NCBI GenBank assembly: GCA_963750165.1
Contig: CAVVPN010000003.1
Location: 2,400,001-2,464,000 of the forward strand
Source: an uncultured Gemmataceae bacterium
GTDB taxonomy: Bacteria; Planctomycetota; Planctomycetia; Gemmatales; Gemmataceae
Direction of reading: 5' to 3'
Length of the DNA stretch: 64,000 nucleotides
Shown here: positions 48,330 through 59,500 of the stretch, one piece after another
Layout: the number at the start of each line of letters is the position of its first letter
Position numbering within the stretch: position 1 is the first letter of the stretch
Made by a program: the position numbers and the translations under genes
Notes under the pieces: model-generated
Databases searched by the model: none
What the model was told of the DNA's origin: nothing
Seen by the model: only the letters and a program-made list of their open reading frames with translations

Positions 48330-51300
48330 GCGGGACCATTGGCGCGGCGGTGACGCTGGTGAACGCGGCGCTGGCCATCGGTGCGGGCTCGACCGGGGCG
48401 GCGAGTTTTATCGTGCAGGGCTCGAACACCCTCAGCGGTACCATCGCGGCCGGGCAGTCGGTGTGGTTGCAGGGGAACAGCGGCTCCGGTTTTGCGACGC
48501 TGACCGCCTCCGGCGCCGTCACCAACCACGGGACCATCCTGCTACAATCCGTCGGCAGTAGCTACACCGACAAGCTGGACGCCGGCAGCTTCGCCTTCAC
48601 GAACGCGGCCGACGGCACCATCCAGACCGTGGCCGGCAGCGGCGGCTCGCGCCTCCTGTTCGGCAACATCCTGAACCTGGGGACGGTGAGCGTGGGGGCC
48701 TCGACGGCGCTGGCGGTCAACAGCGGTGTGGCGGCCACCACAGTCTTCACGAACCAGGGGCAGGTGACGGTGGACCCGGCCGGGCTGGCGACCTTCGGCG
48801 GCACCTACGCCGCCGCCGGCGGCACCATCACCGGCCCGGGCTATGTCTTCAACGGCACCCTGAGCATCACCGCCAGCCCGGCGAGCCCGATCACGACCCT
48901 GGTCGCCGGCTCATCCAGTCTGGCGACGAACGTGCTGCCCAACAACGTCGTCTGGGTCCAGGGCAACAACACCCTCGGCCTCAACACCTTCGCCACCCTG
49001 AGCCCGGCCAGCACCGGCCTGGTCAACCACGGCACCATCCTGCTGCAGTCCATCAACGGTAGCGGCTACACCGACAAGCTGGACGCCGGCAGCTTCACCT
49101 TCAGCAACGCGGCCGACGGCACCATCCAGGCCATGGCCGGCACCGGCGGCTCGCGCCTCCTCTTTGGCAACATCCTGAACCTGGGGGCGGTGACCGTCGG
49201 CGCCTCGACGGCCCTGGCGGTCAACAGCGGTGTGGCGGCCACCACAGTCTTCACGAACCAGGGGCAGGTGACGGTGGACCCGGCCGGGCTGGCGACGTTC
49301 GGTGGCACCTACGCCGCCGCCGGCGGCACCATCACCGGCCCGGGCTATGTCTTCAACGGCACCCTGAGCATCACCGCCAGCCCGGCGAGCCCGATCACGA
49401 TCCTGGTCGCGGGCAACACCGCTCTGGCGACGAACGTGCTGCCCAACAATGTCGTCTGGGTGCAGGGCAACAACACCCTCGGCCTCAACACCTCCGCCAC
49501 GCTGAGCCCGGCCACCGGCCTGGTGAACCACGGCACCATTCTGCTGCAGTCGATCAACGGCAGCGGCTACACGGACACGCTGGCGTGCGGCAGCGGCTTC
49601 ACCAACGGCACCGACGGCACCATCCAGGTCGTGGCCGGCAGCGGCGGCTCGCGCGTCATCACCGGCAGCCTCACGAACCTGGGCACGGTGAGCGTCGGCG
49701 CCTCGACGGCCCTGGCGGTCAACAGCGGCGGGGCGGCGTCGGCAATCTTCACGAACTAGCACCAGGTGACGGTGGATCCGGCGGGGCTGGCGACGTTCGG
49801 TGGCACCTACGCCGCCGCCGGCGGCACCATCACCGGCCCGGGCTATGTCTTCAACGGCACCCTCAGCATCACCGCCAGCCCGGCGAGCCCGATCACGATC
49901 CTGGTCGCGGGCAACACCGCTCTGGCGACGAACGTGCTGCCCAACAATGTCGTCTGGGTGCAGGGCAACAACACCCTCGGCCTCAACACCTCCGCCACGC
50001 TGACCCCGGCCACCGGCCTGGTGAACCACGGCACCATTCTGCTGCAGTCCATCAACGGCAGCGGCTACACGGACACGCTGGCGTGCGGCACCAGCGGCTT
50101 CACCAACGGCACCGACGGCACCATCCAGGTCGTGGCCGGCAGCGGCGGCTCGCGCGTCATCTCCAACAACTTCACGAACCTGGGCACGGTGACCGTCGGC
50201 GCCTCGACGGCCCTGATGGTCAACAGCAACGCATCGGCGGCAGTGACCTTTACCAACCAGGGGCAGGTAACGGTGGACCCGGCCGGGTCGGCGAGTTTCG
50301 GCGGCACCTACGCCGCCGCCGGCGGCAACGTCACCGGGCCGGGTTACGTCGTCAACGGCACCCTGAACGTCACCGCCAGCCCCGCGACCCCGGCGACGAT
50401 CGGGGTGGTCGGCGCCACGACCCTCGCGACAGACGTGTTGCCGAACAACACCATCAAGATCCTGGCCCTCACCACCAACGCCATCCTCAGCCCGGCCACC
50501 TTCGGCCTGGTGAACCACGGCACGATTCTGCTGCAGTCGATCAACGGCAGCGGCTACACGGACTCGTTGGCGTGCGGCACCGTCGGCTTCACCAACGGCG
50601 CCGACGGCACCATCCAGACCGTGGCCGGCAGCGGCAGTGCGCCCCTCATCACGGGCAGCCTCACGAACCTGGGCGCGGTGAGCGTCAGCGCCGCGTCAAC
50701 ACTGACGGTCAACAGCGGTTCCCCGGCGTCCGCGACCTTCACGAACCAGGGACTGGTGACGGTGGACCCGGCCGGGCTGGCGGCCTTCGGCGGCACTTAC
50801 GCCGCCGCCGGCGGCACCATCACCGGCCCCGGCTACGTCCTCAACGGCAACCTGAGCATCACCGCCAGCCGCACGACCCCCACCACGATCCTGGTGGCCG
50901 GCTTATCCAACCTGGTGACCAACGTGCTGCCGAACTACACCGTCTGGGTGCAGGGCTTCGGCAACAACGCCGCTTTCGGGCCGGCCTCCGTCGGCCTGGT
51001 GAACCACGGCACCATCCTCCTGGAGTCGATCAACGGCTCTAACTACACGCCCTCGCTGGCGTGCGGCACCGACGGCTTCACCAACGGCGCCGACGGCACC
51101 GTCCAGGTCATGGACGGCAGCGGCGCGGCGGCTACCATCACGGGCAGCTTCACGAACCTGGGCACGGTGACCGTCGGCGCCTCGGCATCCGTGACGATCG
51201 CCGGCGGCGGCTACGCCGCGTCGATCTTCACCAACCAGGGGCAGGTGACGGTGGACCCGGCCGGGTCGGCGACCCTGAACAGCACCTACATCGCTGCGGG

Positions 51301-51660
51301 CGGCACCATCACCGGCCCCGGCTACGTCATCGACGCCACCCTGGACATCACCGCCAGCCCGACGACGCCATCGACGATCCTGATCGCGGGCGCCACGACC
51401 CTGGGGACCAACGTGCTGCCGAACTACACCATCTGGGTGGGGGGCCGCAACTCCTACGCCACCCTGAGCGCGGCCGGCGAGACCAACCACGGCACCATCC
51501 TCCTGCAGTCGATCAGCGGTTCGTCCGACACGGATACGCTGGCGTGCGGCGGCGGCTTCACCAACGGCGCCGACGGCACCATCCAGGTCATGGCCGGCAG
51601 CGGCGGCTCGCGCGCTTACATCGGCACCCTGACCAACCTCGGCACGGTAACCGTCGGTAG
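48330..51660 (+). repeat. Intragenic tandem repeats of ~483-501 bp (7 units)
   Basis: NHGTILL-encoding aaccacgg anchors at 48524, 49025, 49526, 50024, 50513, 51002, 51485. Confidence 0.9.
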
Positions 51661-54600
51661 CGGCACGACCTTCGCCCCCGGCGGCACCGGCGGCACCTAC
51701 ACGCAAAACGGCGGCGCCACGGTCCTGGCCTCCGGCACCCTGAACGGCACGGTCAGCCTGAACGGCGGCGTGCTGTCGGGGACCGGCACCGTGATCGGCA
51801 GCGTCACCAACGCCGCCGCCGTGAGCCCGGGGACGGCCACCGCCGCCGGCGAGATCACCGTCAGCGGCACCTACACCCAGGCCGCCGGCGGCAGCCTCAA
51901 CATCAAGGTCGGCGGCCGCACCACCCCCGGCCAGGACTACGACCAACTCGTGGTCAGCGGCACGCCGCCGGGCTCCGGCACGGCGGCCCTCGCCGGCACC
52001 GTGAACGTCAGCCTGCTGAACGGCTTCACCCCGCAGCCCGGCGACCGCTACCAGATCATCAACTACGCGTCCCATAGTGGCGACTTCGCCACGCGAACCG
52101 GCTTCACCCTGGGCGGCGGCAACGTGCTGGTCGAGCAGGTCAACTCGACCAACCTGGCCCTGGCCGTCGATCAGCCGCCGGCGATCACCAGCGCCGGCGG
52201 CACGATGTTCACGGCGGGCACGGCGAACAGCTTCACGGTCACGGCCATCGGCACGCCAGGCCCGACGTTCACCGAAACCGGCGCCCTGCCCGCCGGCGTC
52301 ACCCTCAGCGCGGCCGGCGTCCTGAGCGGCACCCCGGCGGTCGGCGCCGTCGGCACCTACAGCATCGTCATCACCCCCGCCAACGCCGCCGGCACCGGCC
52401 CCAGCCAGAACTTCACCCTCACCGTCACCCCCGCCACCGTGGTCGTCAGCGCCCCGGCCGGCGCCACCGCCGGCACCGCCATCACCGTCACCGTCACCGT
52501 CCAGGACGCCGCCCAGCACACCTTGACCGGCTACCAGGGCACGCTCCACTTCAGCAGCAGCGACCTGCTCGCCGTCCTGCCCGCCGACGCCCAGCTCACC
52601 AACGGCACGGGCAGCTTCAACGTCACCCTGAAGACCGCCGGCAACCAGACCGTCACGGCGACCGACACGATGACAGGCACCGTCACCGGCACCGCCACCG
52701 TCGCCGTCAGCGCCGCGGCCGCCACGACCTTCACCCTCGCCGCCCCTGCCGCCGCCACGGCGGGCAGCGCGTTCACGCTGACGGCCACCGCCCGCGACGC
52801 CTACGGCAACGTCGCCACGGGCTACACGGGGACGGTCCACTTCACGAAGATCGACACCGGCGTGGGCGCCGCCGTGCCCGCGGACTACACGTTCGTCGCC
52901 GGCGACAACGGCGCCCACACCTTCACCGGCGGCGCCACCCTCGTGACCGCGGGCAACCAGACCGTGACCGTGACGGACACCGCCGCGCCCGCCCGCACCG
53001 GCAGTGCCACGGTGGCCGTCAGCGCCGCCGCGGCGGACCACCTCGTCTTTCTGCAGCAGCCGACCAACACCGCCGCAGGCGCCGCCATCGCGCCGGCGGT
53101 CAGCGTGCTGGTCGTGGACGCGTACAACAACCCGGTCGCCAGCACGACCGCCGTGACTGTGGCCGCCAGCGGCCCGGGCAGCTTCACCGCTGCCAGCACC
53201 ACCACCATGCCGGCCGTGGCCGGGACGGCGACGTTCAGCAACCTGCACCTGGGCGCCGCCGGTGGCTACACCCTCGGCGCCACCGCCGTCGGCCTGACTG
53301 CCGCGTTCTCGCAGGGCTTTACCGTCACCGCCACCGCCGCCAACCACTTCGTGGTCGGTGCGCCGGTCGGGGCCACGACCGGCAACCCGGTCAGCGTCAC
53401 GGTGACGGCGCTGGACCCGTACAACAACCTGGCAGCGGGCTACGGCGGCACCGTCCACTTCACCAGCAGCGACCCCGCGGCCGAGCTGCCCGCCGACGCC
53501 ACGCTCACCGCCGGCACCGGCACTTTCAGCGTGACGTTCAACCGCAGCGGCAGCCAGACCGTCACCGTCACCGCCACCGGCGCCGTCACCGGCACGAGTG
53601 GCGCCGTCGCCGTCCGCGGCCTGGTGGTCACCGGCCTGGTGCCGACGGCGACGGGCTTCCGGGTGACGTTCAGCAAGCCCTTCAACCTCTCCGAGATCAA
53701 CCTCTATGACGCGGCCTCTGCCGGCTACGGCGCCGCGGACGTGACGCTGGCGGCGCCGAGCGGCAGCCGGGTGCGTGGCTCGCTGGTGTTCGACGCCAAC
53801 GACGCCGGCTTCACGTTCGTCAAGACGAGCGGCCCGGTGAACGGCGGCACTGCCGGGTTGCTCGCGGCCGGCACGTATACCGTCACGCTCGCCAGCAACG
53901 CCACGGCCTTCAAGGACCTGACCGGGGCGGCGCTGGACGGCAACAACGACGGAGTCAACGGCGACGCCTACACCACCACCTTCACCGTGGCGGCGAGCGC
54001 GGCGGTGGCGGTCACGGTGCCGGACTTCGCGCGCGGCCCCGACGCGACCGACGCCATTAACGTGCCCAATAACAGCACGAACGGGCTTCCCGTCGCCCTG
54101 AGCGACGGCGCCGGCGTCACCGACGCCACGCTGGTGCTGAATTACGACGCCGACCTCCTGACCATCACCGGCGGCACCGTCAACAGCGCTCTGACGGGGG
54201 CCAGCTTCACCGTCACCACTTCCGGCAGCGGCGCCGGCGCCCAGGCCACCATCGTCTTCCACAGCCCCACCGCACTGGCGGCCGGGGCCGTGCGCCTGGG
54301 CGGCCTTATCGCGACGGTGCCGGCCAACGCTCCGTACAAGGCGAAGGAGTTGCTGCACTGGTCGAGCGTCTCGCTTAACGGTGGGGCCATCACGGCGGTG
54401 GGCGACGACGCCATGCAGGTGGTCACCTTCCTCGGCGACACCACAGGCGACGGCATCTACACCAGCGCCGACAGCGTGCTGTTGTCGCGCGTGGCTGTGA
54501 CGGCGGACAGTGGCCTGGCGGCCTACCCGATACTCGACCCCGTCATCATCGGCGACCTCACCGGCGACGGCCGCGTCACCGCCGCCGACACGACCGCTCT

Positions 54601-54989
54601 GAACCTCTACATCTCGGGCACGGCCGTGGCGCAGGTGCCCCCCTACCTCGGCGCCCCCACCAACCTCCCGGCGGGTCCCGACCCCACCGTCAGCATCCCG
54701 ACCGGACTGAAGGCGGCCCCGGGCGGGGTGGTGACGGTGCCGGTCAACATCGACAACCCGCACCCCGAAGGCAGCACCGGCCTGACCCAGGCCGTGCTGG
54801 CCCTGACCTATGACCCTGCCGTGTTCGACGTGGCGCCGGCGGACGTCCACCTGGGCACGGTGCCGGCGGCCGGGCAAGGCTGGGCGCTGGAGACTCACAT
54901 GGACGCCGCCCGCGGGGAGATCGGCATCGTGCTGTACAGCGTCACGCCGATCAGCGCGGCGCAGGCCGGCAGCCTGGTGACGATTGACT

Positions 54990-55112
54990 GGCTCTTCCGT
55001 TTTTAGGTGCGAAACACTGGATTTTCTGTGAACGGACGATCACGTGCCCCACGATTTTTCCAGGGAAAATTGAGAATCGGGCCGATAACCCGCACCTAAA
55101 AACGGAAGAGCC
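54990..55112. mobile_element. 123-bp ISL3-type MITE
   Basis: 22-bp perfect TIR ggctcttccgtttttaggtgcg; 8-bp duplication GATTGACT (54982-54989, 55113-55120); removal restores VTIDFHVRP. Confidence 0.92.
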
Positions 55113-55624
55113 GATTGACTTCCACGTGCGGCCGACGGCCACCGCGGGGGCCACGCCGATCAACCTGGCCGACACGGTGCGCCTCGATGCGAGGGTGTTC
55201 CACACCGCCGTGTACGACAACCAGGGGCCGTACACGCTGCACCCGGCGCCGACCAACGCCGATACGGACGCAGTGGACGGCACCGCGGTGCTGACGGAGA
55301 AACCCCCGGCCGTGAGTCCGGCGCGTGGTGTTTCGGGGGCCGCACCGAAGATCGTGCTCCCCGTTGCCGACCTGGCACCGGCCGGGGGGGCGACGCCGGG
55401 CGGCTTTGTGATACCGATGAGCGTCGCGCGGCAGCCGGCCGGCGAGTGGCTCCTCGACCCGACACTGACCTCGCCGGCAGCGGCCAGTCCGGCGTGGCAA
55501 CCGGACACCCCGGCGGTTGGCGAAGCGCTGGCGCAGGACGACGAGTCGGCTGACGCGGTCTGGGCGCGAAGTCCCTGGCCGCTGTCCGAACCGGCCAGCG
55601 GCCTGGACGCTTTAGACGCCTACT

Positions 55625-55734
55625 TCGCCTGGACGGTGGCCGGCGGCTAGGGCGCGTGCGGCTGCACACCGCGAGACATCAGTAACGCGGAGATTCGTCG
55701 CCTGGACGGTGGCCGGCGGCTAGGGCGCGTGCGG
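55625..55734. repeat. 37-bp direct repeat separated by 36 bp
   Basis: tcgcctggacggtggccggcggctagggcgcgtgcgg at 55625-55661 and 55698-55734. Confidence 0.85.
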
Positions 55735-55902
55735 TCCCGGCACGGATCATTCACCCGCGAGGGAGAATGTCTTGGCGTCCTGCTTGGCGCCAAGACAGCG
55801 CCAAGCAGAGACTACTGGAGGCGCCGGTAGACTCTCGCTGGCGGTGGCAGTAGAATCACAAAGCCTTGAAATTCAGCGGTTTCCGCGGAAAAACAAGACA
55901 AT

Positions 55903-55997
55903 GGGGGTGCTTGCACACCTGGTGGTGGCCCTGGTCTTCAAAACCAGTGGGGGGCTTGAACAAAGCCCCCGGTGGATTCGATTTCCATGCACTCCCG
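55903..55997 (+). tRNA. selC: tRNA-Sec (UCA)
   Basis: 8-bp acceptor GGGGGTGC/GCACTCCC plus G; anticodon stem CTGGT-CTTCAAA-ACCAG; long variable arm; T-arm GTGGA-TTCGATT-TCCAT. Confidence 0.92.
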
Positions 55998-56101
55998 CTG
56001 ATCGACAATTCCTGAAATGATGCAAGTGGCTGCAACCACGCTGGCTGCGGTTTTCGATGGCACTTCGATCCGGGCGCCGCTGAAAACCCGTTGCGGGGCG
56101 C

Positions 56102-56180
56102 CTACGCGATCATCGCCCGGATGACGTTGCCGGCCACATCGGTCAGCCGGAAGGCGCGACCGTTGAATCGGTACGTCTGG
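56102..56180 (-). pseudogene. C-terminal remnant of a DUF1501-family gene
   Basis: TYRFNGRAFRLTDVAGNVIRAMIA* matches the recalled DUF1501 C-terminus; upstream residues unrelated. Confidence 0.65.
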
Positions 56181-56540
56181 CCACGACCTTCGAGCGGCGT
56201 AGCACCGGCGCCTACACCCTGACCATCCGTACCTTCGTCGATCCGAAGGAGTGACGGCCAGTTGTTTAACAACAATAACCTCACTCCGCCCAACTTTTTT
56301 CCTGACCGTCACGGATTGTGGGGCGGGTTTTTTTACGCCTTCGGCGTAAAGATCGGCCCAGTTGAGATTGCCCGCCCCACCATCCGTGACGGTCAGATTT
56401 TTTTGTTGCGACTCGTCCTGCCCCTCATTAAAATTGCGTCAAAAAATCAAACAATTGTCGCCAGATGCTTCAATCCTGCGCCATGGAGTTGACCGCTTGA
56501 TGATTGCTTTTGCCATTACGTTTCCCAGGGAGGTACACCA

Positions 56541-59500
56541 ATGCTCTCTACTCGTTGGCAACGCTGGATCCGCTGGAATGCTCGTTCGACCGCCAGGGTT
56601 CGCTCCCGGCAGTATCGCTCCAGGCCGGTGCTGATCGAACTGGAACCGCGCATCGTCCCGACGGGGTTGACCCCGGCCCAGATCCAGCACATCTACGGCA
56701 TCGATCAAATCAAGCTCCCTGGCGGGGTGACCGCCAACGGCCAGGGCCAGACCATCGCTATCATCGACGCCGGCGACTTCTACAACTCCGTCACCGGACA
56801 CGCTCGCATCTTCGACGACCTGCACCAGTTCGACACGACCTACGGCATCGCCGATCCGCCCAATTTCCTCCTCCTGGACCAGTACGGCAGCACGAATTAC
56901 CCTGGCCCCGTTTCGGGGGCGTATGAGGAAGAAGCCCTCGACGTGGAATGGGCCCATGCGCTGGCGCCGGCGGCCAACCTCATCATGTTCGAGGCGAACA
57001 GTCTCTCGAACGCCGACCTGTACGCGGCCGTGTACTCCGCCGCCCATTACAACGGCGCGCTGGGGCAGGTCAGCGTCGTGTCGATGAGCTTCGGGGAGCC
57101 GGAAAACCTGGACACCGAAGCGCTGTACGACAACTACTTCACGACTCCGTCCGGGCACCCGGGTATCACCTTCGTGGCAGCCGCGGGGGATGACGGGGCG
57201 GGGTATCAGTTTCGGTTGAACAACGACACGGGCGGCATTTACCCGCCGGAATATCCTGCCGTCTCGCCCAACGTGCTGGGGGTGGGCGGCACCACATTGA
57301 CGTTCCCGTCCGGCGACATGTCCGATTACCCGGGCGTCGCCACCAGCAGCGGCGGGGTGGGCGAGGAAGGCTGGGGTAATAGTTACCTCAGCTATTACCG
57401 TAGCAACACCCCGGGCGGCGGCAGCGGCGGTGGTCCGAGCAGTTACGAGCCCATGCCGAACTACCAGTACAACTATGGCCTCCGCTACACCAACGGCCTC
57501 TATAACGTCCGGAGCGCCCCGGATGTCGCCTTCAACGCGGATTTCAAAGACTCTCCGGTGAGCCTTTACGACTCGCTGGACGGCGGCTTTCTCTCGAACG
57601 GGGGGACGAGTTTCGCCGCCCCGGCGTGGGCCGCCCTGATCTCCCTGGCGGACCAGGCCCGGGTGTTGAACAACGCGGGCACGCTCGACGGCCCGACGCA
57701 AACGCTCCCCGACCTGTACCAGCTTCCCTCCGCGGATTTCCACGACATCCTCGTGGGTAACAACGGCTACGCGGCCGGAACCGGGTACGACCTGGTGACC
57801 GGACTGGGCACGCCGGTGGCCAGCCGCGTGGTGGGCGACCTGTGGGGCCACCCCGCGCCGACGGCGAACAACGACAGCTACACCACGCCCTACAACACCA
57901 CCCTGACGGTCAACGCCGCCAACGGGGTGCTGGCCAACGACAGCGACGCCCTGGGCGCGGCCCTGAGCGTTCCGTCCTTCTCCAGCCCGAGCCACGGCAG
58001 CCTTTCCCTCAATTCGGACGGTTCGTTCATTTACCTACCGAACTCCGGCTACTTTGGCACGGACTCCTTCACCTACACTCTGGCCAGCGCGGGCACCGGT
58101 CACACGCGCCAGGGCACCGTGACCATTCAGGTCCAGCAGCCGCCCCTGCCCGACCTGGCGCCGAACACGCCAAGCGGCTGGAGCGGGCCGATCGTGCTCT
58201 CGACGGTGACCGGCACCCACACCTCGGCCACGTCCTACACCACCGCCGACACGCTCTACCTCGACTGGTCGTTCATCAACCAGGGCACGGCCAACATCAC
58301 CACCGCCTTCCAGTTCAAACTGCTCCTGGACGGCAACCAGGTCACGACCTGGTCGGCCGGCTTGCCAGTCAACGTCGGCGCCAGTACCGGCATTCAGGAC
58401 TACAACCTGGGCCAGCTGTCGGCCGGCAGCCACACGCTTTCCGTGGTGGCCGACTCCCTGAACCAGATCACCGAGAGCGACGAGAGCAACAACACTTCCA
58501 CCTTCGTCTTCACCGTCAACCAGCCCCCCGCCATCACCAGCGCCAACAACGCCACCTTCGCGGTGGGGGTCGCGGGCACCTTCACCGTGACCGCCACCGG
58601 CTACCCCGCCGCCTTCACCTTCTCCGAAACCGGCACGTTGCCGAGCGGCGTCACCTTCAACACGAGCACGGGCGTGCTCAGCGGCACCCCGGCGGCGGGC
58701 ACCGCTGGCACCTACAACCTCATCATCACGGCCAGCAACGGCGTGAGCCCGAACGCCTCGCAGAACTTCACGCTCACCGTCATCAACCTGCCGGACCTGT
58801 TGCCGTACACGCCGACGGGCTGGAGCGGGCCGGTCGTGGTCTCGACGGGACCGGGCACCAACACGTCGGCAACATCCTTCACTACCGCCGACACGCTCTA
58901 CGTCGATTGGTCGTTCGCCAACCAGGGCACCGCCGCCATCACCACCTCGTATCAGTTCGAACTACGCCTGGACGGCGTCCAGGTGTACTACTGGAACGGC
59001 GCCAACCCGCTGAACCCAAACGTCTACTATTACGTGCAGGACGCCACCCTGGGCCCGCTGTCGGCTGGCAGTCATACCATCACGATTAATGCCGATTACC
59101 TGAACCAGGTCACCGAGAGCAACGAGAGCAACAACACCGCCACCTTCGTCTTTACCGTCAATCAGGCGCTTCCGGACCTGGCGCCGTACACGCCGACGGG
59201 CTGGAGCGGGCCGGTCGTGGTCTCGACGGGACCGGGCACCAACACGTCGGCAACATCCTTCACTACCGCCGACACGCTCTACGTCGATTGGGCGTTCGCC
59301 AACCAGGGCACCGCCGCCATCACCACCTCGTATCAGTTCGAACTACGCCTGGACGGCGTCCAGGTGTACTACTGGAACGGCGCCAATCCGCTGAACCCGA
59401 ACGTCTACTATTACGTGCAGGACGCCACCCTGGGCCCGCTGTCGGCTGGCAGTCATACCATCACGATTAATGCCGATTACCTGAACCAGGTCACCGAGAG

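Larger units (their letters stand above)
47926..55650 (+). pseudogene. Giant secreted beta-repeat/Ig/cohesin-dockerin surface protein, disrupted
   Basis: Signal RRLLVEQLEDRLTLS; seven ~165-aa repeats (NHGTILL); He_PIG-like Ig; dockerin-like GDTTGDG/GDLTGDG; frameshifts near 48160 and 48310, TAG at 49757, MITE at 54990. Confidence 0.8.

Noticed and set aside
49757..49759. In-frame TAG as selenocysteine or pyrrolysine recoding
   Set aside because: Sec uses UGA; no pyl genes seen; sister repeats have CAG here; the gene is also broken by a MITE.
48330..51660. Near-identical repeats as a diversity-generating retroelement TR/VR pair
   Set aside because: No reverse transcriptase; differences are not adenine-specific; these are in-frame domain repeats.
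55625..55734. 37-bp repeat / 36-bp spacer as a mini-CRISPR
   Set aside because: Only two copies, the repeat is the end of a coding gene, and there is no leader or cas gene.
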